DNA of 64,000 nucleotides from Spirochaetia bacterium (GTDB lineage Bacteria; Spirochaetota; Spirochaetia; DSM-2461), in the NCBI GenBank assembly GCA_963668315.1, contig OY764216.1:576001-640000 (forward strand), written 5' to 3'. The position numbers and the translations under genes were made by a program. The notes under the pieces were generated by a model. That model was not told where the DNA came from, ran no database searches, and worked only from the letters and a program-made list of their open reading frames with translations. Positions 1-9,238 of the stretch are shown one piece after another. Within the stretch, counting starts at the first letter, position 1. Each line of letters starts with the position of its first letter.

Positions 1-983
1 GTCAGAATGGGAATCTGGGTGATGGAACCGTTCCGTCCCTTGATCATGCCCGCCCGCTCGTAGATCTCGGCCAGGTTGGAGTAGAGGTAGCCGGGATAGC
101 CCTTGCGGCTGGGGATCTCCCCCCGCAGGGTGCTGATCTCCCTGAGGGACTCGCAGTAGTTGGACATGTCGGTCATGATCACCAGCACATGCATATCGCA
201 GTCAAAGGCCAGATGCTCGGCCAGGGTCAGGGCGGTTTTCGGGGTGATGATTCTCTCGATGGAGGGATCGTCCGCCAGGGAGAGGAAAAGGGCCACCTTA
301 TCCAGAACGCCCGACTCCTCGAAGGTGCGGATGAAGAACTGGGCCACGTCGTTCTTGACGCCCATGGCGGCGAATACGATGGCGAAATCCGACTCCTCCC
401 CCTTGATGCGGGCCTGGCGGGTGATCTGGGCGGCCAGTTCGTTGTGGGGCAGGCCGTTACCCGAAAAGATGGGCAGCTTCTGCCCGCGGATGAGGGTATT
501 CATCCCGTCGATCACGCTGATGCCGGTCTGAATAAAGTCCCGGGGATAGGAACGGCTCGTAGGATTGATGGGCCGCCCGTTCACATCCTGCTCGGCCGTG
601 GCCACGGGTACCGGGCCGTCGTCCCGTGGAACACCCAGGCCGTTGAAGACCCGGCCGAGCATCTCCTTTGTCACACCAAGCGTTAGCGGCTCACCCATAA
701 AACGGGCGCTGGTGCCGGGCAGGTTCAGACCGGCCGTTCCTTCGAAGACCTGCACGCAGACCACTTCGTCGGAGGTGTCCAGAACCATACCCAGGCGCAC
801 CTTGCCCGCCGGATCGACGCACTCCACCAGTTCCTGATACCCCACGGGGTGGGTGTTTCTGATAAAAACCAGCGGTCCGTCAATCCGATCGACTCCTACA
901 TATTCCCTTCCGGCCAAAAGCCGTTTTTCATCAATATCCGGGAGTTCGTCTTGTTTGTTGCTTCCAGGCACATTTTTAGTCAT
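1..983 (-). CDS. ntpB: V/A-type ATP synthase subunit B (3' end lies outside the window)
   Basis: Not in the ORF track. Manual translation from ATG at 983 (SD AGGAG ~7 nt upstream) gives MTKNVPGS...[15 protein letters not shown]...QVFEGT...[21 protein letters not shown]...[22 protein letters not shown]...[10 protein letters not shown], typical of subunit B. Lies downstream of subunit A. Confidence 0.96.
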   Translation of the reverse strand, partial: MTKNVPGSNKQDELPDIDEKRLLAGREYVGVDRIDGPLVFIRNTHPVGYQELVECVDPAGKVRLGMVLDTSDEVVCVQVFEGTAGLNLPGTSARFMGEPLTLGVTKEMLGRVFNGLGVPRDDGPVPVATAEQDVNGRPINPTSRSYPRDFIQTGISVIDGMNTLIRGQKLPIFSGNGLPHNELAAQITRQARIKGEESDFAIVFAAMGVKNDVAQFFIRTFEESGVLDKVALFLSLADDPSIERIITPKTALTLAEHLAFDCDMHVLVIMTDMSNYCESLREISTLRGEIPSRKGYPGYLYSNLAEIYERAGMIKGRNGSITQIPIL

Positions 984-1009
984 TTTGTGCTCCTTTTAGG
1001 AGAGAATGA

Positions 1010-1033
1010 GCCCCATATATGATTATATGGGGC
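1010..1033. repeat. Perfect 10-bp inverted repeat in the ntpA-ntpB spacer
   Basis: GCCCCATATA-TGAT-TATATGGGGC; no U-tract on either strand. Confidence 0.7.
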
Positions 1034-1103
1034 GATTGAACGACGAAGAAGGGGTGCTAAAGGGCAAAAATGGGACGGAATTGAATAAGCAAGACGAACT
1101 CCT

Positions 1104-2888
1104 TTAAGCATACAAATCCTCCAGTTTGGCAAATCCCCGCTCCATTTTTAACATGAGCCGATCGAACTGGTCCGGCTCATCATTGGGGATGGTCAGTTTC
1201 ATCTTGGAGATGTCCTGCAGCACTTTCATTTTGTGTATCTTGGTCAGGGGGACTCCCGCCTTGATGGCTTCGCTGCCCCGGTCATAGTAACCGGTGATCA
1301 CGGCGAGCATGCGGGTCTGCTTCTCCACGGTGCTGTATTTGTCTATGTCGTCAAAGGCGTTCTGCTGGAGAAAGGCGTTCTTGAAGAGGGTACACACTTC
1401 GGTGATGAACCTCTGACTGTCCGGCAGGGCATCGGGGCCTACCAGCTTAATAACCTGCTGCAGCTTCACTTCCTTCTGCAGGAGCTCCATGATCATCCGC
1501 CGGTTCTCCAGGAACTCCTTGCCCGCCTTCTCGGCCCAATAGGGGGCCACGTCATCGGTATATTCGCTGTAGCTCTCCAGCCAGCCGATGGCCGGATAGT
1601 GGCGGGCATTGGCTAGCTGACGGTCCAGGGCCCAGAAGCAGCGGACGAAGCGCTTGGTATGCTGGGTGACCGGCTCGGAGAAATCGCCCCCGGGGGGAGA
1701 AACGGCCCCGATGACCGAAACGGACCCCTCCTCGCCGCAGAGGCAGGTCATGTAGCCGGCCCGTTCGTAGAACTCGGCGATCCGGGTGGGCAGGTAGGCG
1801 GGGAATCCCTCCTCGGCGGGCATCTCCTCCATGCGGCCGGATAGCTCGCGGAGCGCCTCGGCCCAGCGGCTGGTGGAATCGGCCATGATGGCCACGTGCA
1901 GCCCCATGTCCCGGTAGTATTCGGCCAGGGTGATGCCCGTGTAAATGCTCGCCTCCCGGGCGGAGACAGGCATGTTGGACGTATTGGCGATGAGAATGGT
2001 CCTCTCCATCAGGCTCCGGCCCGTGCGGGGATCGATCAGCTCGGGGAACTCGGTGAGCACGTCGGTCATCTCGTTGCCCCGCTCGCCGCATCCGATGTAT
2101 ACGATGATATCCGCGTCGCACCACTTGGCCACGGCGTGCTGGGTCATGGTCTTGCCCGTACCGAAACCGCCGGGAATGGCCACGGTGCCCCCTTTAGCCA
2201 GAGGAAAGAGGGCGTCGATGACCCGCTGGCCCGTGAGCAGAGGGATTTCCAGGGGCTTGCGGTTCTTTACCGGCCGGGGTCGGCGGATGGGCCATTTCTG
2301 GAACATATTCAGGGGGACTTCCCCCTTTTCCGTAGAGAGAACGGCCACCGTCTCCTCCACGGTGTAGGAACCCTCGGGCTTCAGAGAAACAATAACGCCC
2401 TCCATTCCGGGGGGAATGAGGAGCTTATGATTAATCCGCTGGCTCTCCTGAACAGAGGCGAAGACCATGCCACCCTTAACCGGAGTCCCTTCTTTCAACT
2501 CGGGGACAAAGGGCCAGAGTTTTTCCCGGTTCAGACTGGGCCGGCTGATCCCCTTTTCGATATAGATGCCGGAAAGCTTTTCCAGCTCTTCCAGGGGCCG
2601 CTGGATTCCGTCATAGATCGTCCCTATCAGGCCGGGCCCCAGTTCCACAGAAAGGGGGGCTCCCGTTCCGTAAATGTTATGCCCCGGGGCAATGCCCGTG
2701 GTATCCTCATACACCTGGATTATCGCTTCCCCGTTCTCGAGCTTGATAATCTCTCCGGTCAGCCGGGCTTCTCCCACCTGGACCAGCTCCTGCATCAAAG
2801 CGTCGGTTATTCCCTTGGCTTCGATAATAGGGCCGTTGACCCGTTTAACCTGTCCGACAATCCTCGTATCCCTGTTATCCACAATCAC
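1104..2888 (-). CDS. ntpA: V/A-type ATP synthase catalytic subunit A
   Basis: 594 aa; Walker A GGFGTGKT; motifs GCGERGNE, NTSNMPVSAREAS, DSTSRWAEALRE, PAEEGFPAYL, VSPPGGDFSEPVT. Confidence 0.98.
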   Translation of the reverse strand: MIVDNRDTRIVGQVKRVNGPIIEAKGITDALMQELVQVGEARLTGEIIKLENGEAIIQVYEDTTGIAPGHNIYGTGAPLSVELGPGLIGTIYDGIQRPLEELEKLSGIYIEKGISRPSLNREKLWPFVPELKEGTPVKGGMVFASVQESQRINHKLLIPPGMEGVIVSLKPEGSYTVEETVAVLSTEKGEVPLNMFQKWPIRRPRPVKNRKPLEIPLLTGQRVIDALFPLAKGGTVAIPGGFGTGKTMTQHAVAKWCDADIIVYIGCGERGNEMTDVLTEFPELIDPRTGRSLMERTILIANTSNMPVSAREASIYTGITLAEYYRDMGLHVAIMADSTSRWAEALRELSGRMEEMPAEEGFPAYLPTRIAEFYERAGYMTCLCGEEGSVSVIGAVSPPGGDFSEPVTQHTKRFVRCFWALDRQLANARHYPAIGWLESYSEYTDDVAPYWAEKAGKEFLENRRMIMELLQKEVKLQQVIKLVGPDALPDSQRFITEVCTLFKNAFLQQNAFDDIDKYSTVEKQTRMLAVITGYYDRGSEAIKAGVPLTKIHKMKVLQDISKMKLTIPNDEPDQFDRLMLKMERGFAKLEDLYA

Positions 2889-3523
2889 TCGCCCTCGAAT
2901 AATTCTTCATATATGGCTTTGCGCAGTTCCGACTGCTTCCTCAAAAGGCGCGTATCAATCTGATTATTATACACCAGGCGCCCTCCTTTCTGCTTCGCCA
3001 CCACGCCGGCGCCGATCAGGGGAGCATCGGAAGAGAGGCTGATTCTGACGTCCCGCCCGAACTCTTTCTTAAGCCTTTTCTCCTGTTCCCTGAGCCACTC
3101 GTCCGTCATAATTTCTCTTTCCCGAACTCTTCCGTTCAGTTCCACAGTCTCCACATCCAGCCCCAGGACCCCTTCCAGGACCCAGTCCGCCAGAACAGAG
3201 GAATACTCCTCCGTAGCGGTCATCCCGATAAGCTTCTCCCGGGTGTAATCCAGGGCTTCGGACATGAAGCGGTCGCGCAGCTGCAGCTCCTTGCGCCGGA
3301 TCTCACTGGAGATTTTCTGATCGGAAAGCTTTTCCAGCCTCTTCCGTTCCTCCTCCAGCTGCTTCTCCGCCTCACGCATCAGGGACTCTTCCTGAGCCAG
3401 AGCGGATTTTTTCCGCGATTCGGCTCTTTTTTCGGCCTGGGAGACAAGCTCTTCCGCTTCGGTATGGGCATGGGTGAGTATCTCATCGAGAAATTCCCGG
3501 CTGCCCGTCACTTCCTTCTTCAA
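2885..3523 (-). CDS. ntpE: V/A-type ATP synthase subunit E
   Basis: 212 aa with a charged coiled-coil N-half and C-terminal GAGVVA...YNNQIDTRL. Overlaps the ntpA start by 4 nt. TTG start. Confidence 0.88.
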   Translation of the reverse strand: MKKEVTGSREFLDEILTHAHTEAEELVSQAEKRAESRKKSALAQEESLMREAEKQLEEERKRLEKLSDQKISSEIRRKELQLRDRFMSEALDYTREKLIGMTATEEYSSVLADWVLEGVLGLDVETVELNGRVREREIMTDEWLREQEKRLKKEFGRDVRISLSSDAPLIGAGVVAKQKGGRLVYNNQIDTRLLRKQSELRKAIYEELFEGE

Positions 3524-3536
3524 ATGCCCTCTCCTC

Positions 3537-3842
3537 CTACAGATTAATACCGATGGCCTGATTCACCATCTCACGCAGAGTGGGCCGGTCAGGCAGGGGT
3601 CCTTCCCTGTCGGGAATTTCCACAATCAGGGGAAAATCGGCATTGAAGATGTAGTTATCCACTTCCTCCCGGATCATCTGCGCCGTTCTTTCGGTCATGA
3701 TGATGATGGCCGTATTACCGTCTTTCAGGCACTCGCGGAAGGCATCATGGGCCTGTTCGGCCGTACGTACCGTCTTCCCCGAAACTCCGGCCAGAGAAAA
3801 GCCGAGAACCGTATCCTCATCACCTATAATGAAGTAGCGCAA
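3537..3842 (-). CDS. ntpF: V/A-type ATP synthase subunit F
   Basis: 101 aa; IIGDEDTVLGFSLAGV, PLIVEIP and AIGI motifs. TTG start immediately after the subunit K stop. Confidence 0.95.
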   Translation of the reverse strand: MRYFIIGDEDTVLGFSLAGVSGKTVRTAEQAHDAFRECLKDGNTAIIIMTERTAQMIREEVDNYIFNADFPLIVEIPDREGPLPDRPTLREMVNQAIGINL

Positions 3843-4181
3843 TTACACCTTACCCAGAATGAGGAAGGCGATAACGAAGCCGAAAACGACGATACCTTCC
3901 GCCATGGCAATGAAAAGAAGGGCCTGGTTGCCCACTTCCGGCTTCTCCCCCATGGCGCCCATGGCGGCCGCACCCACGTGGGAAATGGCGAATCCCGCGC
4001 CCAGAGCTCCGAACCCGAAGGCCAGGGCCGCCGCGATATACGCCCAGAAGCTTCCGTCCGATGCCGCTGCGGCATGGGCTGTCTCCTCGGCGAACAGAGG
4101 GGTCCCGGCCAGCAGAAGGAACCCCAGTACGCCTGTCACGCCAACAAAGGCCTTCCTGGAAATACTCACAATGTTTCTCAT
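3843..4181 (-). CDS. ntpK: V/A-type ATP synthase subunit K/c (single-hairpin proteolipid with N-terminal leader)
   Basis: Gly/Ala-rich hairpin GFGALGAG...EKPE...AMAEG with the conserved Glu. Start moved from 4238 to ATG 4181, which has SD AGGAGA. Confidence 0.93.
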   Translation of the reverse strand: MRNIVSISRKAFVGVTGVLGFLLLAGTPLFAEETAHAAAASDGSFWAYIAAALAFGFGALGAGFAISHVGAAAMGAMGEKPEVGNQALLFIAMAEGIVVFGFVIAFLILGKV

Positions 4182-4291
4182 CCTATCTCTCCTTTCGACT
4201 CTTATATAATGCAAAGTAGAGAATGGAAAATGATCCACTCTCCCCGATTTTCTTCATTCTTCATTCTACTTCCGCTGTCATCTTTCGGCTT

Positions 4292-6319
4292 TCAATAATC
4301 ACTATCCAGCGCCATAGGCCGGTAGGCTCTGCCGCTTCCTTTGAAGAATTTGGCAAAGAACTCGTAATAGTTGAGACGGAGGGACTGGATCCCCGCGCTC
4401 AGCCCTTCCAGCGCCGTGACCAGGGCGTTCCCCAGAATCAGCACGACAATTCCCACCAGAGAAACCGCTTCGCCTCCGCCTACCATGACGGCGATACTGT
4501 AAAAGGCGGTCATCAGACTCACGTGGGCAATTCCCAGCCCGGCGACTCTCATAAAGGAGAGAACATTGGAGAGATAGCCGGCATATACCTCCAGAATCTC
4601 CACAACCCCTTCCATGACAGCATCCACGGCTCCGGGCGGTTTTCCGTGGCCATTACCCTTTCTGTGTTCCCTGCGGTGGTGAATCACTTCAGCCACCGGC
4701 TTGACGAAGAGCAGCAGAGTGGGAAAAATCAGTCCGAAAAAGAGCCAGATATCCCCTGGGAGGCTCTGCATGTCGCTGGCGAGAAAGGAGCGGATGATAA
4801 AGAAACCGGCCCCGATAATCCAGATGCCCAGAATTCCGCCCTTGTCCAGAAACAGATGCAGCCAGTCCCGCCGGGCGGCCATATTCACGCAGTTGATCAT
4901 CAGCCCGATCTCCATCACCGCCAGGCCGAACCACAGGGTAATTCCCAGTATGGCCATGATGGACTGGACCGGTCCTCCCGAAACATGGCCGTTTACCACA
5001 TCGTGATAGTTGAACCAGAGGCTGGGTGTCCAGGAAAAACCGAACCAGGAACCGAAAAGGAGCCCGAAAACAAAGGCGCTCGCTCCGCAGTACATCATCA
5101 GGGGCATCAGGGTTTTCACCTCTTTCCCCTCACGCCGGGTGTTCAGGTATCCTATCAGCCCGATAATAAAGACCACCAGTCCCTGGCCGGCGTCGCCGAA
5201 CATGAGACCGAACATGAGAAAATAGGCCACAGCGACAAAGGGGGTGGGATTCAGGGTGCCGTATTTCGGCGTGGCATAATTGGTCACCAGATTCTGAAAG
5301 GGTTTCAGCGCCCGGGGGGACTTGAGGGCGGAAGGAGGCGTCAGATGCTCTTCCCTCTCCGCTTCCCCAGCGTCGTACCACTCGAGATAACACCGCTTTT
5401 CGCAGACCCTGAGGATGGCCTCTTCCAGTTCGTTCTTCCTGTCCGCGGGAAGCCACCCGGAGAAAAGATAGGTCCGGGCGGTACGGCTGAATCTGACCTG
5501 TACTTTATAGTAGAGTTCGCTGGCCCGCAGTTTTTTCCAGAGCTCCAGGAGCCCCTCCTGCTCCTCACCGATAAGTGTGTAGACCTGCGTTTTTTTCTCC
5601 TGCTGCCTGGCCCTGACAGCCTGAATCTGTTCCTGAAGATCGCGGAGAATCCGTTCCTTGGAGTAGGAGTCGTAGGTCAGCCCCTCACCTTCGCGAAAGC
5701 CGACCTGGCCCAGTGAGGCGGAGACCCGGGAATCATCCCGCTTCAGGGAGATAAGCAGATAGAAGTCCGCTTCCTCGCCGGCCTTCATCAGGGAGGTGGG
5801 CATTTCGGCGAGCAGCTTTTCCAGCAGGGGAACCTTATCGCTGTCCATGTAGCCAGTGCGGATCTTCAGGAACGAGTAGACCGATTCATTCTTCGCCAGG
5901 CTGTTCAGATCATCGACCAGCTCCATCTGACGGCGGAGTTCCTCGGTCTTAAGATACTCTTCCTGGAGAAGATGCTGTTCCTCCCGGATCGCTTCCACCC
6001 GGTCCGACACCTTTTTCACGGTCATGTCCGCCTTATCCGGATCCACCAGTTCCAGCGTTTCCAGATCCTCCGCCCGGGGAACGGGCAGTACGGCGCTGGA
6101 AAGGGAAAGCAGATACTCCAGCCGCCTGCGCACTTCGGTGAATTTATCCAGGGAAACACGGGGTTCCACCCTGTCCAGCTTTTTGTCCAGATCCCGGGAG
6201 ATCTCCTTGATGGAGATGAAATCCAGGACGCCCTTTTCCAGAAGCAGCCGGGTCAGCCCGTCCAGATCCTGTTCCAGCACCACGGCGGATAGCTGTTTCA
6301 TGGCCGATGTCATTATCAT
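4292..6319 (-). CDS. ntpI: V/A-type ATP synthase subunit I/a
   Basis: 675 aa; soluble N-domain plus membrane domain; FGLMFGDAGQG, SFMRVAGLGIAH (essential Arg), LRLNYYEFF. Confidence 0.96.
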   Translation of the reverse strand: MIMTSAMKQLSAVVLEQDLDGLTRLLLEKGVLDFISIKEISRDLDKKLDRVEPRVSLDKFTEVRRRLEYLLSLSSAVLPVPRAEDLETLELVDPDKADMTVKKVSDRVEAIREEQHLLQEEYLKTEELRRQMELVDDLNSLAKNESVYSFLKIRTGYMDSDKVPLLEKLLAEMPTSLMKAGEEADFYLLISLKRDDSRVSASLGQVGFREGEGLTYDSYSKERILRDLQEQIQAVRARQQEKKTQVYTLIGEEQEGLLELWKKLRASELYYKVQVRFSRTARTYLFSGWLPADRKNELEEAILRVCEKRCYLEWYDAGEAEREEHLTPPSALKSPRALKPFQNLVTNYATPKYGTLNPTPFVAVAYFLMFGLMFGDAGQGLVVFIIGLIGYLNTRREGKEVKTLMPLMMYCGASAFVFGLLFGSWFGFSWTPSLWFNYHDVVNGHVSGGPVQSIMAILGITLWFGLAVMEIGLMINCVNMAARRDWLHLFLDKGGILGIWIIGAGFFIIRSFLASDMQSLPGDIWLFFGLIFPTLLLFVKPVAEVIHHRREHRKGNGHGKPPGAVDAVMEGVVEILEVYAGYLSNVLSFMRVAGLGIAHVSLMTAFYSIAVMVGGGEAVSLVGIVVLILGNALVTALEGLSAGIQSLRLNYYEFFAKFFKGSGRAYRPMALDSDY

Positions 6320-7374
6320 AACAGCCCCCTGACCCGCTCCGGAGAGAGGCGGTAATATTTGGCGTTGAGAACCAGCATGAGCCGGGCGATCTCCTTCTTG
6401 GAAAAGTGCACGTAGGCCAGAATGACCCCGATAGAAAAGGGATAGCCCCTCAGGGCTTTACGCGATTCCCCGTCCATGACCGTCTCGTAGGCGGTCTCCA
6501 TGAAGCTCAGGCTGTCCCGGGCGGCGGACGAATCGGTGCTTATGAGGGCGGCGTACTCGGGAAAATACCTCTTGAGCAGCCCGGCATGATCAAATTCCTC
6601 CGCCCCGAGCTCCTCTGTGAGAATCTTTCGGTTCAGCCTCAGTCCCCCGGCGATGAGGGAGGAGAGGATTTTGCCGCTGTCCAGTTCGAAATAGTGCTTG
6701 AGGCGAACCACCGTATTCAGATTGATCAGATCGATCTGGGAGCCGATGGCGGTCCGGGCCGGTTCGCGGTCTTTGCGCGGAAGGGTTTCGATGCTTTTCC
6801 AGAGGGATTCGTAATAAACCTTGTCAAGCTCCAGTTCCACGGGAAAAAGGGAACCCTTCTTAAAGGATTCGCTGGCCCCTCTGGCAACCGGTTCCATATA
6901 GGGCGTTCCCTGAAGCAGAGTGACCACATCGGAGATCTCCTCGGCATTGATCAGACCGTCGATGGGCAGGGAGGACTCGATCTTCTCACGGAAGACATAT
7001 CCCGTGTAGGCGTTGATGTCCCGTCCCCTCACCTTGCGGTCGAACCAGAGCCTGAGCAGATTCTTCAGGTTGTCCACTTCGTAGAAAACCGTCAGTTTCT
7101 GGATAAACGGCTGGAGGGATTTATCCACCCGGGCGTAAAGATCCCGGTACAAATCGACCTCGGTCATATACAGGGCGTTCTCGCAGGTACGGATATCGCC
7201 GGTGTCTTCGTAAAGGTTGACCAGATTATCGTATTTACTGTTTTTCAGAAGGGCCATGGCCGAGGACAGAGATTCACAATCGGCCAGACGATGGAAAAAA
7301 TCGTCTGTCAGAAGCTGACTGAGCCGTCCCCGCAGGCGGGCATTAATATAGGCGTATCGTTTCAGCTCGGACAT
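6316..7374 (-). CDS. ntpC: V/A-type ATP synthase subunit C/d
   Basis: YAYINARLR at the N-terminus, YEVDNLK, and PFSIGVILAY...KEI at the C-terminus. Start most likely ATG 7374; the extension to 7524 overlaps the divergent gene. Confidence 0.9.
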   Translation of the reverse strand: MSELKRYAYINARLRGRLSQLLTDDFFHRLADCESLSSAMALLKNSKYDNLVNLYEDTGDIRTCENALYMTEVDLYRDLYARVDKSLQPFIQKLTVFYEVDNLKNLLRLWFDRKVRGRDINAYTGYVFREKIESSLPIDGLINAEEISDVVTLLQGTPYMEPVARGASESFKKGSLFPVELELDKVYYESLWKSIETLPRKDREPARTAIGSQIDLINLNTVVRLKHYFELDSGKILSSLIAGGLRLNRKILTEELGAEEFDHAGLLKRYFPEYAALISTDSSAARDSLSFMETAYETVMDGESRKALRGYPFSIGVILAYVHFSKKEIARLMLVLNAKYYRLSPERVRGLL

Positions 7375-7512
7375 AGGATGTATTACTAGTTTGCCACGGA
7401 AACGGCGATATGGCCAGTTTTTTTTTGACGAATCTTTTCCCGGGTCCGGAGATTTCACGAAATAACGGAAAGAACTCTTGACTCTGAATAGATCCGGGGA
7501 TATTCCATATCT

Positions 7513-8025
7513 ATGGGATATCATGAACGGAACGACTATCTTTTATCCTTTGCGGAGGAGATCCGCAAAGCCCGCAGATATGCCGGTTATTCACGGGAGA
7601 AGCTGGCGGAACAGGCAGGAGTCCATCCCAATACCATTGCCTTGGCGGAGAGGGCAGAACGGGACCTGAACATAATAAGCCAGACGAGAATTCTGGCCGC
7701 CCTGGGCTGCCGGAAAGTAAGCCTCTGCGACGGCTGCCTTGATCTGACGTTTTCCGAGGAATGGTGTGAACGGGATGATCTTCTGGCTCTGAATGACTCA
7801 TTCATCATCAGCTGTATCGGGGAGACGCTCCGGCGGAAAAGGAACGCCCTGGGAATGACCCTTGAAGATCTCTCTTCGAAGACCCATCTGCATATTAACA
7901 GTTTATGGAACAGTGAGAACGGACTGGTAATTCCCAAGGGGAATACCCTTTTTAAACTTTATGATGCTCTGGGAATAATTAATGTTCAGGTTGATACAGG
8001 CGGCTCTATGCTTCAGCTGACCTGA
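7513..8025 (+). CDS. XRE-family transcriptional regulator with two HTH domains
   Basis: Two HTH_3-like repeats: IRKARRYAGYSREKLAEQAGVHPNTIALAER and LRRKRNALGMTLEDLSSKTHLHINSLWNSENG. Confidence 0.88.
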   Translation: MGYHERNDYLLSFAEEIRKARRYAGYSREKLAEQAGVHPNTIALAERAERDLNIISQTRILAALGCRKVSLCDGCLDLTFSEEWCERDDLLALNDSFIISCIGETLRRKRNALGMTLEDLSSKTHLHINSLWNSENGLVIPKGNTLFKLYDALGIINVQVDTGGSMLQLT

Positions 8026-8110
8026 CTTATCACAATATCCTGTGTGGCTAAGACAATTCACCGGGGGTACTCTTTAATTAACCAATTTTTTTTATTAAGG
8101 AGAAACCCCT

Positions 8111-9238
8111 ATGAAAAAGGATTTTTTACTTCCCCTCTTCCTCTCGGCTCTGCTCATTGCATCGTGCGATAATCTTCTGGATAACGAAAATGCCCCCGCC
8201 CCGCCCTGGTCGCCCCAGTATGCGGACAATGTGGTTTTGGTGGATTCCGATCTGTCATCCGTCACGGTCTGGGAAGAGGGCAATGTTTATTACATTGACG
8301 GTCTAATCAGAATGGCCTACGGCGGCACCCTGACGATCCAGCCGGGAGCTATCGTGAAATTTACCCATAATGGATATCTCTGGGCCGAAGCAGGTTCCCG
8401 GATTTACGCCAACGGAACATCGGAAAAACCGATTATCTTCACATCTGCCAATGACTCCTCCACCGGAGGGGATTCCGTTCTTAACGACGGAAACCAGGCG
8501 CCCCTTGCCGGGGACTGGTATAATGTGGAGTTGGAATCGGGATGTATCGGAAACGAATTCCAATATTGCCGGTTCTCCTACGGAGGCAGGGAAAAGACCG
8601 CTGTTCTGAAAATCGATGAGGCGGAAGCCTCCGTGGAATACTGTACTTTCCGGGATAATCTCGGGGGACACCCCTATGACGGAACGGCTCTTGCAGCGGC
8701 GTCACTGGACGCATCGACGGCCGCAGACAATACGGGAATAGCCAACAATACCTTCTACCGGAACTACTGGCCCCTGGCGATAAACTGCCGGATGGGTCTG
8801 AATGACAGCAATACCTTCTCCTTCGACGAGGACGGAGACGCGACGACAGAGGACGAAGTAAATACCCATCAGGGAATATATGTCAATAACGGCAACATAG
8901 ATGATAATATATCGTGGGATGAAACGGAGGTTCCCCTCTGCTTTTTCGGCAACCTGCTGAGATTGACCGCCAATACCACCCTTTCCATCGCTTCGGGAAC
9001 CGTCATAAAATCCAGCAATACCGAATTTCAAATAGAATACGGCGCCCATCTGAATCGGGACGGAGTGATATTCACGTCTTTCCGGGATGATCTAACGGGA
9101 GATACCAACGGCGACGGGAATGCATCGGAAGCGGTCAACGGTGACTGGATCGGAATAGGAATACTGGATAATGACGGCAATATAGATTATGTGGCAAGGG
9201 ATAATGACGGGTCCGTCCGCTATTCTGAAGAGGGCTAG
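8111..9238 (+). CDS. Lipoprotein with right-handed beta-helix-type repeats, function unknown
   Basis: SD AAGGAG; lipobox LIAS-C; motifs TLTIQPGAIVKF, IIFTSxxD...GDW (two copies), YCRFSYGG, NNTFYRN; acidic. Confidence 0.8.
   Translation: MKKDFLLPLFLSALLIASCDNLLDNENAPAPPWSPQYADNVVLVDSDLSSVTVWEEGNVYYIDGLIRMAYGGTLTIQPGAIVKFTHNGYLWAEAGSRIYANGTSEKPIIFTSANDSSTGGDSVLNDGNQAPLAGDWYNVELESGCIGNEFQYCRFSYGGREKTAVLKIDEAEASVEYCTFRDNLGGHPYDGTALAAASLDASTAADNTGIANNTFYRNYWPLAINCRMGLNDSNTFSFDEDGDATTEDEVNTHQGIYVNNGNIDDNISWDETEVPLCFFGNLLRLTANTTLSIASGTVIKSSNTEFQIEYGAHLNRDGVIFTSFRDDLTGDTNGDGNASEAVNGDWIGIGILDNDGNIDYVARDNDGSVRYSEEG

Noticed and set aside
4223..5716. Long antisense ORFs (e.g. 4223-5716, 15760-17103, 18716-20341, 41674-43425, 43638-44954, 52156-53385)
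   Set aside because: They are shadows of well-supported genes on the other strand, expected with GC-rich third codon positions, and carry no motifs.
7375..7524. 50-aa N-terminal extension of subunit C in the ORF track
   Set aside because: Family similarity begins at MSELKRYAY, and the extension overlaps the divergent XRE gene.
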